Under the pieces are notes generated by a model. It made no database searches. It saw nothing but the letters and a program-made list of their open reading frames with translations, and was not told the DNA's origin. From Candidatus Poribacteria bacterium (GTDB lineage: Bacteria > Poribacteria > WGA-4E > PCPOR2b): a stretch of 64,000 nt of DNA. The position numbers were made by a program, and so were the translations under genes. Numbering within the stretch: the first letter of the stretch is position 1; every line of letters starts with the position of its first letter. Positions 1-9,297 of the stretch are shown here, piece after piece. The DNA lies in assembly GCA_965223985.1 (NCBI GenBank), contig OZ245030.1, forward strand, positions 3,151,720 through 3,215,719, given 5' to 3'.

Positions 1-12
1 CGTAGTAAAACA

Positions 13-960
13 TTGGTTGAAGGATATATGAATGAAGGGACGGAAGCGCATATTGACAGTGAAGAAGAATGGATAACCGCGCTAGCAGCCGATGAATCGA
101 AGTGCACTCAGATTGATGCGCTAAGCAACTGGCTGCGTCAGGTGTCACATCATGAACTCCTATCCCGGGAAGAGGAAATAGCGCTTGCCAAACGAATTGA
201 ACAAGCGGATGAGTCCGCTCGTAGTGAGTTGATTGAGGCGAACCTACGTTTAGTGGTTTCCGTAGCATCGAAATACCAAGGTCACAATGTTCCGCTGGAA
301 GATCTCATCCAAGAGGGCAATATCGGATTAATGAGAGCGGTGAATAAATTCGACTACCGCAGAGGCTTTAAGTTTAGCACATACGCCATTTGGTGGATTA
401 GACAAGCCATTTTGAGAACGTTAGACAACTGTTCACGTTCAATCCGGTTGCCTGCCTATATCGTTGCAAGAGTCAATAAAATTGACTCGACTTATGCGAA
501 CCTGAGTCAGGATTTGCAACGGGAGCCAACGGTTGAGGAGGTGTCCGAAACGCTCGAACTAACGGTCAAACAGGTCGAAGAAATTCTAGCATTCAACTCT
601 GCGATTCTTTCGTTAGAGTTGCCTTTGAGCGGTGAAAAAGACGCGAATAGCTTAGGAGATTTGATTGAAGATTCGGACGCGAACCCAGAAGTTGGATTGA
701 TTCCAGAGCTGATTGAACACGAACTGGTAGATTCGCTGCTAGGCAAATTAAAGGAAAGAGAGCGAGAAGTTATCCGGATGCGGTTTGGTCTTGGAGATGG
801 TGAAGAAAGGACTTTACGCGAAATCGGAGAGAAACTCAACGTTACAAGAGAGCGTATCCGCCAATTGGAAATGGAAGCAATCGCCCGACTTCAGCGTTTG
901 TATGACGAAAATGCCGAACTTCGTTCGCTGTCCAAACCTGCGAATAGGTCTGCGGCGTAG
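13..960 (+). CDS. RNA polymerase sigma-70 family factor (RpoD/RpoS-like)
   Basis: 315-aa ORF. Region 2 motif [37 protein letters not shown] and region 4 [30 protein letters not shown] are diagnostic of sigma-70 proteins. Confidence 0.85.
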   Translation: MVEGYMNEGTEAHIDSEEEWITALAADESKCTQIDALSNWLRQVSHHELLSREEEIALAKRIEQADESARSELIEANLRLVVSVASKYQGHNVPLEDLIQEGNIGLMRAVNKFDYRRGFKFSTYAIWWIRQAILRTLDNCSRSIRLPAYIVARVNKIDSTYANLSQDLQREPTVEEVSETLELTVKQVEEILAFNSAILSLELPLSGEKDANSLGDLIEDSDANPEVGLIPELIEHELVDSLLGKLKEREREVIRMRFGLGDGEERTLREIGEKLNVTRERIRQLEMEAIARLQRLYDENAELRSLSKPANRSAA

Positions 961-975
961 CGGTTCAGCCGTCAA

Positions 976-1012
976 AAGGAGGCGAATTTCTCGGCGGAAA
1001 TTCGCCTCCTCG
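976..1012 (+). terminator. Candidate intrinsic terminator after the sigma factor gene
   Basis: Perfect 14-bp inverted repeat aggaggcgaatttc / gaaattcgcctcct with a 6-nt loop, 16 nt after the stop codon, followed by a T-rich stretch (ttttctattt). Confidence 0.5.
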
Positions 1013-1086
1013 TCACGACAAGTTTTCTATTTGACCTCCCTTACATCGAAAGGAGACAGCGTTCTTTACGGAATGTTGCAAAGACA

Positions 1087-1719
1087 ATGAAGAATCTGCT
1101 TAACAAGCTAAGAATGAAACAACCCGAGGTAGGAGACGGTGAATTTTCTATTACAGTCACCGACGCTGCCAAGCAAAAGGTAAGATCCATTATTGACAGT
1201 CAAGACGTAGAAGTGGAAGGGCTTCGAATCAGAATTGAGGGACGTACAGCATCTGCATTCCAGTATGGGCTTGGGCTTGAGGAAACGGCAGCTCCGAACG
1301 ATGTCGTCATTGACTGCGGCGACTTCAAGGTCTTGATCGATCCAGATAGTGCTGAAGATCTAAAAGGCGCGACCGTCGACTATGTGGAAAACCTGAATTC
1401 GAGCGGATTTAATGTTGAGAACCCCAACACACCAACTTGGGATAACTCCAAAGCTCAAAAGATTCAGGAACTGATTGACGAACAGATTAATCCCGCTGTG
1501 GCGGGGCACGGTGGACATATTGACCTTCTGGACGTTAAAGATGATACAATCTACATACACATGGGCGGAGGATGTCAGGGCTGCGGCATGGCGAGTGTCA
1601 CTTTGAAGCACGGCATTGAATCTATGATCAAGGACGTATTCCCGGAGATTACTCAAATCATTGATAGCACGGATCACGCGGCAGGTACAAATCCCTACTA
1701 CGAACCGAGTAAAGGGTAA
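1087..1719 (+). CDS. nfuA: NfuA-like Fe-S cluster biogenesis protein (degenerate A-type carrier domain fused to an Nfu/NifU C-terminal domain)
   Basis: The N-terminal half resembles HesB/IscA (ITVTDAAKQKV...GLRIRIEG...DCGDFKVLID) but lacks the three carrier cysteines. The C-terminal half carries the Nfu motif HGGHIDLLDVKDDTIYIHMGGGCQGCGMASVTLKHGIESMI with a CxxC. Start may be the internal ATG at 1114. Confidence 0.7.
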   Translation: MKNLLNKLRMKQPEVGDGEFSITVTDAAKQKVRSIIDSQDVEVEGLRIRIEGRTASAFQYGLGLEETAAPNDVVIDCGDFKVLIDPDSAEDLKGATVDYVENLNSSGFNVENPNTPTWDNSKAQKIQELIDEQINPAVAGHGGHIDLLDVKDDTIYIHMGGGCQGCGMASVTLKHGIESMIKDVFPEITQIIDSTDHAAGTNPYYEPSKG

Positions 1720-2073
1720 CCTGTTAGAGTGGAAAATTTGTAACAGGACGACACACCAGCTTCACTCACAATTCTCCCCATCCATCCTATTTCTTCGCTC
1801 AACCGTTCATTACCGTCACGGCGGGACTGATAGCAGAGCGTCCACCGGGCTTCTTCAAGTTTTGCTCTTGCTCAGAAGGCGTCGTCAAATATCAGACCGC
1901 TATCGATCGGTAAATCCAACCCTTCTCTGCATCATGAGCCCACTCAATCGTTCGGAGCCGTAAACCGTCAATTTCTAACCGCGGCTATTCCTCCATTCCC
2001 CGATTACTGCAGAATCGTATCTCTTCCTACATCTCGTGTTACGAGATAAACAGAACACCGCAGAGGTTTGCTT

Positions 2074-2102
2074 GACATCCCTCAGAAGGTATATTATTAT
2101 TT
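2074..2102 (+). promoter_or_regulatory. Candidate sigma-70 promoter for the 2159 gene
   Basis: TTGACA, 17-nt spacer, TATTAT (cttgacatccctcagaaggtatattattat). Confidence 0.4.
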
Positions 2103-2158
2103 CAATTATGTTGTGTTGAGATAGCCTTATGAATGAACCAGGTTCGGGAGGGCTTGAC

Positions 2159-2989
2159 ATGAAAAGTGTGAGTGCTTTAGTTACGATTGGGATTGTGTTA
2201 TTGGTATCTGTTGGAGGGATTGGTTGCCTTTCGCAAATCATGCAAAAGGGTGCGGGCAGCAAGAAACTACTCGACTACGCCACCGCTGAAAACGGCGCCA
2301 CAGTCAGAGCTTCAATGGCGACGCCAGGGCATGAGGTCCGAGCCATAATCGATTCCACTCACGACTACGTCGAATCAGTCTTAACTTCAATGTCTACTCC
2401 AGGGCATGACGCTGAATCGACTATCAACGGTATCACGTCCTCAGGATACTGGGATAAGGGAGAAGGTTGGGAAGTTCAATTTGAACGGTTACACGCCGGC
2501 CAGATGTTCTTGAATCCTTTCGATGACCAGATACCCGGGGAAACACGCGGGTGTGCTTGGATTGAAGTGCATTTCTCCAAACCAGAACGGGTCAATCGAA
2601 TTGTGATACACACCCTAGATTCGTCCGAGTATCCCGCTTCAAGGTATGGCATTTATTCGGGAGTTCTCCGCGTTTGGCGCGAAAAACGGTGGGAAACCCT
2701 AGGCCGAATTAAGAACGGAAAGATAGAGTATACGACTCAGGCATCCTACGGAAAACCGGCTGGCGGCAAGATTGAGTTCAGGTTTTCCCCAATGACAATC
2801 ACTAAGGTTCAATTCGTCGTGTACCGCAGCAATGACCGAAGGGTTGTGGAAAGGACTTTTGGAGGGGTGATAGAAATGAGTACCGCCCGAATCGTCGAAA
2901 TCGAAGCAACTGGGTATGAATCTGTCGACGCAATCGCTGAAGCGCCGGGGCTCCCTGGTTTTGACGATGAGGTAAATCCACTTTTTTAG
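2159..2989 (+). CDS. Hypothetical membrane-anchored or secreted protein with a discoidin (F5/8 type C)-like jelly-roll region
   Basis: ATG at 2159 lies 6 nt after a GGGAGGG RBS and opens a hydrophobic N-terminus (MKSVSALVTIGIVLLVSVGGIGC). The C-terminal half has a discoidin-like pattern (IEVHFSKPERVNRIVIHTLDSSEYPASRYGIYSG...). The ORF track starts 30 nt earlier. Confidence 0.5.
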   Translation: MKSVSALVTIGIVLLVSVGGIGCLSQIMQKGAGSKKLLDYATAENGATVRASMATPGHEVRAIIDSTHDYVESVLTSMSTPGHDAESTINGITSSGYWDKGEGWEVQFERLHAGQMFLNPFDDQIPGETRGCAWIEVHFSKPERVNRIVIHTLDSSEYPASRYGIYSGVLRVWREKRWETLGRIKNGKIEYTTQASYGKPAGGKIEFRFSPMTITKVQFVVYRSNDRRVVERTFGGVIEMSTARIVEIEATGYESVDAIAEAPGLPGFDDEVNPLF

Positions 2990-3058
2990 GGCGGTACCCT
3001 TCCATTCTCTTCGCAGATTATCACGACTGCGTTTGAACGGTTTCTACTAAGCTCACCG

Positions 3059-3691
3059 TTATAGCAGTTCTTTTATCTTCTGCTCCATTGGCACTTCGGC
3101 ACCGGGACCAAAGCCATTCTCACGATAGCGTACAATGCCCTCCTTGTCAATATAATAGGTGCAAGGGATACTTTGGACGCCGTATGCCTGAAATTGTGCG
3201 CCTCCGTTAAAGAGGAGCGTATACGCGATTGGCGACTGCTCCACAAAACTTTTCAACTTGGAGTCCGTCTCATCGCTCACACCAATGACTACTAGCCCTT
3301 GCTCGTTGTATTTCTGGTAAAGCCTGTTTAGGTGCGGAACCTCCACACGACATGAGCCTCACCAAGTCGCCCAGAAATTCAGGACCACTGGCTTGCCCTT
3401 GAAATCTGCTAGGCTCACCTGATTGCCGTTTAAATCCTGCAGTGTGAAGGATGGAGCGGGTTGATTGGCGAGCGAAGCTTTTACGGTTTGGGAACTTGAT
3501 GGCGGATTTTGTTGAGCGAGCTTGCCCTTAATTCTCTCATTTCTCCGCTGTTGTGCCTGTTCTAGGGCTTCGCAGCCGATGAGCGAGAATACAATTACGA
3601 ACAAGACAGATTCAAGCATCCAATTCTTGTGAGGCCAGTTTCGCTTTTTCACTGTTTCTTTCTCCTTTTGGGTAAGATTGTTACGCGGCAA
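3059..3691 (-). CDS. Putative selenoprotein: TlpA/ResA-like thiol:disulfide oxidoreductase with a UxxC active site (in-frame TGA at 3359-3361 read as Sec)
   Basis: Two ORFs in the same frame are separated only by TGA. Joined, they read ...[40 protein letters not shown]..., which matches the TlpA/redoxin core WATWCxPCRxE(M)PxL...Y...G(V/L)VV(L/I)GVS with TGA at the first Cys of CxxC. The N-terminus has a TM/lipoprotein-like segment. Confidence 0.55.
3320..3358 (-). promoter_or_regulatory. Candidate bacterial SECIS hairpin immediately 3' of the in-frame UGA
   Basis: On the mRNA: UGA ggcucauguc GUGUGG-AGGUU-CCGCAC. A 6-bp stem (one G-U pair) with a 5-nt apical loop containing GGU starts 10 nt after UGA, the position expected for SelB-dependent SECIS elements. 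Confidence 0.35.
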
Positions 3692-3996
3692 AATATTCCA
3701 ATTAGTCTTGAAAAAAAATTCAAGCGATTTAGGTCAATATCTTGGACGTTTCGGCTAAAAGACTGTTTAGTAATGAGATTATTTTTTTTCAAGGAGAATC
3801 TGTGCTAAAATAGTTGAGAATTGGTCTTTACAAAATTTTGCGTACCTTTTCCTGTTTACGATTCATCTTAAATGGAGGAAGAGGAAACGCCCACATTCAA
3901 GATAAAAAGCATTCCAAACTGTTGACATACATCATACATACGCTCATCAAATATCAGAGGTTCGCCGAATAAAACCGTTGAAAGAAGGTCAAGGAC

Positions 3997-5724
3997 ATGC
4001 GTGCACCAGCAACCATACCAATCACTGAAGGGGTTTATGAGATTCGGGTAGTTCCTGACACACTCGATTTGGCGCACCGAGCCGAACTCGCGCTTAACGC
4101 CATCACGCGCAGCGTCAATCCACGACGGAATTACGACACATATTTTCGTGGCAATATCATTGTGAACCCGCCGCGAATCAGCCACACATGGGAGTCGGCA
4201 CAAGGGAAACTCGCGGAGCCGCTCGTGCTGAACCGACTGATGACAGGCAATCTAGCCAACATGGATGTTGATGCGGCGTGGATCGAATGGCTTCACGCAC
4301 TTCGGGACGGTATTGAACATCTGCACCCGGTGTATATGGGTCGCAGTCTATGCGCTATTGCTCTCCATTACCGACTCACGGGTGATCCAGCATGGCTGGA
4401 GACTGGAAAGCGCGTTGTCGAACGGCTTGACGCGATTTGTCCTCGGATAGATGATTACGCTTATATCCCTGCGAAATACGACTTGAATTATCGTCCAGCG
4501 ACACAATCGGGGAGACGCCCGGACTACATGGGCGTTGAACAAGCGAAAGGCTGGTCCGCGCGACACAGTGTCTATCTGCTTCAAGGGCTGTGCGCCTTCG
4601 TCCGGGAGACGAGCGATGACTCCGCATCGCATCTTGCCGGACGGCTTGCCCGGTTCATACGGCACCATGCGGAGTATTTCGACGAAGATGGTCGATTTCT
4701 AGCGCGCCACGAGGGCTACTTGGGTCCAAAATCTGCCATCCATTTCTACTGCCACGCAAATGGACTGCTCGTTCTCTCCGAATACGCCCTCGTTTCGGGC
4801 GAGCGAGCGTTCGCAGAGTTCGCGCGCAAGGGCTACGAATATGCCAGGACACACGGTACCCCAGAGATTGGTTTCTTCCCGGAGTATCTTGTGTGGCCGC
4901 AAGACCGCGGCGGCGTCATCAACTGCGAGGCGTGCGACACGGCAGCTATGACGGGGACCGCGCTTAAGCTGACTGAGGCGGGAATCGGCGACTATTGGGA
5001 GCACGTAGATTGTTACGTGCGAAATATGCTTACCGAGTGCCAGTTGACGAGTTCCCGATGGATAGAGGAAGCACTGGAATCCGTTCCAAGGTCGCCGATT
5101 GACCCGGAGGTGGATGAGATACATGAGGTTCCCGAACGGCTCGTCGGCAATTTTGCGGCTTGGGCAAGCCCCAACGAGTTCCGCGTCTGGAATCCGGGCA
5201 TCACTCAGTGCTGCGTTGCAAATTCGTCGCGTGCCCTCTACTTCGTTTGGTGTCGTATGCTTCACGAGGAACCGAGCCGCGTCACGGTCGAGCTGCTGTT
5301 GAACCGGGCGTCCGACTCAGCGGATGTAGCGAGTGACCTTCCATACGCGGGCAGGGTCAGAATCTCCATCAAGAAGCAGGTAAGCGTCCGCGTTCGGCGA
5401 CCGTCGTGGCTAGATCCCGGAACGTTGACAATCACGTCCCGATTGTCTGGCGAAAAGGTGGCTTTCAATCATGACGGGCCGTATGTATCTATTCCAAAGC
5501 CGTCAGTGGGGGATGAACTTCAGTTGACCTTCGATTTGCCCGAGCGGACGGTGCCGATGCGGGTGGGGCACATGGACGCGACTGTGACCTTCCGGGGCAA
5601 CGAGGTTGTGGACTTCGACCCGCCCGGAAAGGTCGGGCCGATGTGGCAAGACAAGCCGGTTCAAAACGGTGTATCGGAAGTCGTCCGGACCTATTTCATT
5701 CCGAATAAAGTGGTCCGCTGGTAG
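3997..5724 (+). CDS. Hypothetical protein (575 aa), possibly alpha/alpha-toroid glycosidase-like
   Basis: Long ORF with coding-like composition and no recognisable catalytic motif. The toroid-like assignment is weak. Confidence 0.55.
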   Translation: MRAPATIPITEGVYEIRVVPDTLDLAHRAELALNAITRSVNPRRNYDTYFRGNIIVNPPRISHTWESAQGKLAEPLVLNRLMTGNLANMDVDAAWIEWLHALRDGIEHLHPVYMGRSLCAIALHYRLTGDPAWLETGKRVVERLDAICPRIDDYAYIPAKYDLNYRPATQSGRRPDYMGVEQAKGWSARHSVYLLQGLCAFVRETSDDSASHLAGRLARFIRHHAEYFDEDGRFLARHEGYLGPKSAIHFYCHANGLLVLSEYALVSGERAFAEFARKGYEYARTHGTPEIGFFPEYLVWPQDRGGVINCEACDTAAMTGTALKLTEAGIGDYWEHVDCYVRNMLTECQLTSSRWIEEALESVPRSPIDPEVDEIHEVPERLVGNFAAWASPNEFRVWNPGITQCCVANSSRALYFVWCRMLHEEPSRVTVELLLNRASDSADVASDLPYAGRVRISIKKQVSVRVRRPSWLDPGTLTITSRLSGEKVAFNHDGPYVSIPKPSVGDELQLTFDLPERTVPMRVGHMDATVTFRGNEVVDFDPPGKVGPMWQDKPVQNGVSEVVRTYFIPNKVVRW

Positions 5725-5744
5725 ACTGGTCTTGGGGAGAATCT

Positions 5745-6860
5745 ATGTCAGACAAGCTCAGAGTCGGTATTATTGGAACAGGGCTCGTCGGCAGACGCCA
5801 TATTCATCGCTATCAATCAATGCATGACGATGTTGAGATTGTCGCTGTGGCGGATATCAATGTGGCTGACGCTCAGCGTATCGGTCAGGAAAACGGTATC
5901 CCCTACGTATTCTCGAATTACCGCGACCTGCTCAACATTGGCGCGATTGACAGCGTTGATGTCTGTCTCCCCAACTTCTTGCACGCGCCGGTTACGATTG
6001 CAGCCCTAGAAACTGGCAAGCATGTCTACTGCGAGAAGCCGATGGCGCCCACTTCTGCGGAAGCGCAAACGATGTATGACACCGCCCAGCGGACGGGAAA
6101 AAAACTGGCGGTACAACTGAGAACGCTCTTTAGTAAAGAGACGCGAACGGCAAAATATTTAATCGAGGAAGGCGCGCTGGGTCGAACGTACTATGCCAAG
6201 ACGAGTCGCTATCTCCGCCGCGCGCGGGTGTATGTGGATGGCTACGCCACTCCTCATTTTGTGCAGAAGGAGAAATCCGGCGGTGGCGCGCTGATAGACG
6301 TTGGGGTCTACCAGATAGCGAGAATGGTTTACCTGCTAGATAATCCTGAGATTGAGACTGTGACCGCGTCGACGTTTCAGTTGCTGGACATGGACGAAAA
6401 ACGCCGTCGAGAGAGCGGCTATAATGTAGAGGAGCTTGGCGCCGGCTTGGTCCGCTTCAAAGGCGACATCACAATGTTTGTAGAGACGGCATGGGCAGTG
6501 AATCTGGATGGCGGCGACGGAGATTGCATCATGGGATCTAAGGGAGGCCTGAGGTTAGAACCGTTGGCGTTCTACGTAGATACCAAGTCGGATGAAACTG
6601 CGCAGAAGCCGTTCACACTCTATACAGATGTTTACGGCATTGAGGCGGATGTGCACTTCAATATCGAAGCTTACGAAAGGCGGATGCGTTTACTCGGGTA
6701 TATGGGCGAGGGCTACGACGACCCGCAGCAGCATTTTGTTTGGGGGGTGTTGGGTCGGATTAAAATGATTGATACCGGCGCGATTGGTTTGACCGTGGTT
6801 AGTATAATAGAGGCGATGTATCGCTCTGCAGAAGAGCGGAGAGAAATTAATTTACGTTAA
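5745..6860 (+). CDS. Gfo/Idh/MocA family NAD(P)-dependent oxidoreductase
   Basis: N-terminal Rossmann signature LRVGIIGTGLVGRRH and the ...CLPNFLHAP...HVYCEKPMA motif typical of the family. Confidence 0.85.
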   Translation: MSDKLRVGIIGTGLVGRRHIHRYQSMHDDVEIVAVADINVADAQRIGQENGIPYVFSNYRDLLNIGAIDSVDVCLPNFLHAPVTIAALETGKHVYCEKPMAPTSAEAQTMYDTAQRTGKKLAVQLRTLFSKETRTAKYLIEEGALGRTYYAKTSRYLRRARVYVDGYATPHFVQKEKSGGGALIDVGVYQIARMVYLLDNPEIETVTASTFQLLDMDEKRRRESGYNVEELGAGLVRFKGDITMFVETAWAVNLDGGDGDCIMGSKGGLRLEPLAFYVDTKSDETAQKPFTLYTDVYGIEADVHFNIEAYERRMRLLGYMGEGYDDPQQHFVWGVLGRIKMIDTGAIGLTVVSIIEAMYRSAEERREINLR

Positions 6861-6867
6861 GTCTACA

Positions 6868-7302
6868 CTATTTGAGTTGCACGAACTCAATAAGGATTCC
6901 ATCGGGCGCCTTCACACAAGCCACTACAGCCTCTGGTGCGTCGACAGGGTCAGCCACAAGCTCCACTCCCTTCTGCTTCAATTCTTTCACGGTTTCGGCA
7001 ATGTCCTCAATGAGAATAGTGAACCAGCCCAATCCGGTGTCAAAGCCGTGATCGGCGGGCGGCGGCGGCGATTCAATATCCATCAGTTTAATCAGCGTGT
7101 TTCCCGCTTTCAAGCGGACTTGATGGAACCCGCGGGGCGCAAGTCCAATGTTTTTTGCCAATTCGTGCGAGGTGTCAACCTCCGTCACAATCTCGAATCC
7201 CAAGAGTTCATGGTAGAAGCGAAGCGACTCGTTGAAATTGCTGCAAGTTATCGCAATATCAACGATGGGGCGTGTCATTTTCAGCATCGTCATTAAACCC
7301 AA
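6868..7302 (-). CDS. VOC (glyoxalase/bleomycin-resistance/dioxygenase) family protein
   Basis: 144 aa with IVDIAITCSNFNESLRFYHELLGFEIV and C-terminal ...GVELVADP...PDGILIEFVQ, the paired beta-alpha-beta-beta-beta modules of the VOC fold. Confidence 0.75.
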   Translation of the reverse strand: MGLMTMLKMTRPIVDIAITCSNFNESLRFYHELLGFEIVTEVDTSHELAKNIGLAPRGFHQVRLKAGNTLIKLMDIESPPPPADHGFDTGLGWFTILIEDIAETVKELKQKGVELVADPVDAPEAVVACVKAPDGILIEFVQLK

Positions 7303-7350
7303 TTTGCAATTCGACTGGTTTTACGTTATAGCTTCGTAGTTTGACGTGTG

Positions 7351-7387
7351 AGCCCCGAAAGGTATTGGATGCCCTTCGGGGCTCAAA
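7351..7387. other. Perfect 11-bp inverted repeat hairpin between two minus-strand genes
   Basis: tgagccccgaa-(15 nt)-ttcggggctca; no adjacent U-tract. Confidence 0.4.
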
Positions 7388-7439
7388 GGGGAGAGACGGG
7401 GACCGAAGCCGTGTAACGCTTCGTCTTGAGAGCCTGCGC

Positions 7440-8219
7440 TCAAGGTCTTGTTTTCAGCGACGCCCATGCGGTTGCCAATTTCGCTTCTGGGGAGACAGCG
7501 AGAATACTTTGTATTCCCTGTTCGGCGATTTCTTCAATCTCCTTGACAGATAACGGGCGTGTCCAAAAAGCGACTTCGTCCAGAATGCCATCGAACCGCT
7601 GTTCTTTACCGAATTGCTGCCAGGGCATCCGGGTTCCGAAATACATGGGTCGACCGGTAACTGGCACAGGCCCATCTGGCCCCCCACCAACTTTTTCGCC
7701 GTTAAGATACACTTTACTGTCGCCCGGCTCGTGTGACCATGTCAAGTAAATCCATTTCCCCACCTGACCGAGTCCAGGGGCGAACCCAAAGGTGTTACCT
7801 ATCCCCCAATGGAGGCGTGTGTCATCGAGCAAGAACCATTGAATCCGCGCGCCATCGTTATCGGATTTATCCATCATAGCGCCGCGCCCCCGCTGTTTTG
7901 CCCAGTGCGCAATTGTGAACCCGTCGGGCAATTCATCTATGTCCTCTATGTGTTCGATGATTACAGATGAGTCTTTTTTCGGCGAGAAATCCAGCGCTGT
8001 TCCTTCCATGGCATCATCTGTCCAAGTAGCGCCGTCGATTTCTCCATGATGCTCCCCGATGGAATCTCCAGCCATTTTCCCTTCGCCTTCATCAAAGGTC
8101 CAGAAAGCTACTAGCCCATCTAGAATGTCAGCAGGGGCACTTAGATGAATGACTAGCGAACAAATGGCAATTGCGGTCAAATAAAACATCGGTTTCATCG
8201 TGAATAACCTCCTCATCAA
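7440..8219 (-). CDS. Secreted LamG/concanavalin-like domain protein (paralog 1 of 3)
   Basis: Signal peptide MKPMFYLTAIAICSLVIHLSAPA. Body has the LamG jelly-roll pattern (GLVAFWTFDEG ... ILDEVAFWTRPLSVKEIEEI). C-terminal tail is KLATAWASLKTRP. Confidence 0.7.
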   Translation of the reverse strand: MMRRLFTMKPMFYLTAIAICSLVIHLSAPADILDGLVAFWTFDEGEGKMAGDSIGEHHGEIDGATWTDDAMEGTALDFSPKKDSSVIIEHIEDIDELPDGFTIAHWAKQRGRGAMMDKSDNDGARIQWFLLDDTRLHWGIGNTFGFAPGLGQVGKWIYLTWSHEPGDSKVYLNGEKVGGGPDGPVPVTGRPMYFGTRMPWQQFGKEQRFDGILDEVAFWTRPLSVKEIEEIAEQGIQSILAVSPEAKLATAWASLKTRP

Positions 8220-8236
8220 ATTAGAAGCTCGGTAGA

Positions 8237-9073
8237 CTAAGGACGCTGCGCCTTGAGTTTGCCCCAGGTGATGGCGAGTTTGTTCTTCGGTTCGACTGCG
8301 ACAACCTCGCCCCGCATGACTTGGTTGACTTCATCTTCAGAGAGCGCGCGGTCCCACAGCATCACTTCATCAACGAGGCCGTTAAGGTAAGTCTTAGTGT
8401 CTAGGTTGTTATTTAGCCCTTGACTCATTCCCATGCGAATGGGCTGATCAGGGAAGAGCGCGTAGGGTGCGGCGAGAGTCTGCGGAACTTTACCGACACC
8501 GGCAGCACCGAGCCAAGTTTCGCCCGCGTGAGGCACTTCAACGAGTTCACCGTTAAAATAGGAGCGGAGTTCTTTACCGTCGGCGATTTGCGCCACGTGA
8601 ACCCAAGTTTGCAGATGGGGGTGTAGGGAATGATACCATCCTTCGGTATCTGCAGTACATGCTCCCCAGCCCATCAATTCCGGGTTCCTGTTTGCGAGGC
8701 TTACGATTTCAAACGTAAATCCAGCTGCCCAGCCAACTTGCCTTCCCTTCCAGACAATACCCACGAAATTGCCGGGCTCCCGGAAGAAGGCCCAGGCGGA
8801 GACGCTGAAAGCATTTTCGAGACCGTTCATTGAATCGCTGTGGGGAACTTCGACAAAGGCATCGACTCCGTTGAGATCGACCGCTTTGCCGCTCTGACCG
8901 TCCGAGAACGCCGCGTCACCCCTAAGTATGCCATCGTTACGACCAAGCGCGTCATTTGCGGATTCGTCGTCAAAGTTCCAGACTGAAACCAAGCCATCGG
9001 TAAGCGCGGCTGAAGCGAGGCTCGGCATGACCAAAAAGGCAATGACCATTATGATTGTGAAAAAACGAAACAT
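8237..9073 (-). CDS. Secreted LamG/concanavalin-like domain protein (paralog 2 of 3)
   Basis: ATG at 9073 is preceded by a GGAGG RBS and encodes signal peptide MFRFFTIIMVIAFLVMPSLASA. Body has LVSVWNFDDES ... VDEVMLWDRALSEDEVNQV. C-terminal tail is KLAITWGKLKAQRP. The ORF track extends further upstream. Confidence 0.75.
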   Translation of the reverse strand: MFRFFTIIMVIAFLVMPSLASAALTDGLVSVWNFDDESANDALGRNDGILRGDAAFSDGQSGKAVDLNGVDAFVEVPHSDSMNGLENAFSVSAWAFFREPGNFVGIVWKGRQVGWAAGFTFEIVSLANRNPELMGWGACTADTEGWYHSLHPHLQTWVHVAQIADGKELRSYFNGELVEVPHAGETWLGAAGVGKVPQTLAAPYALFPDQPIRMGMSQGLNNNLDTKTYLNGLVDEVMLWDRALSEDEVNQVMRGEVVAVEPKNKLAITWGKLKAQRP

Positions 9074-9297
9074 TGGAAACCTCCTTTTTTGCGAACTAGG
9101 TTCAATCGCAATGAGAGTCGATACGGTTTCTCGCCAACAATCTGGATTACGATTTCGGCTGAGAATCCGATACATTGAGGACAGATTCTAACATGGTGTT
9201 AGCCAATGGTAATTTAGATGCACAAGCGGAAGCCTATCAAAGCGGAAGTCAGAAATTATGTCAAGCAGTCATTCCTGTATGCCTAATATGCCAAAAC

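Noticed and set aside
3359-3361. Alternative reading of the in-frame TGA as a pseudogene or frameshift in the TlpA-like gene
   Set aside because: Not fully excluded. It is disfavoured because the stop replaces exactly the first active-site Cys, both flanking segments stay in frame and align to TlpA, and a SECIS-like hairpin follows.
4348-5265. Antisense ORFs inside the 3997-5724 gene (106, 83 and 188 aa)
   Set aside because: They are overlapping antisense frames in GC-rich coding sequence with no motifs.
7351-7387. Intrinsic terminator call for the 11-bp perfect hairpin
   Set aside because: No U-tract on either strand. It is kept only as an inverted repeat of unknown function.
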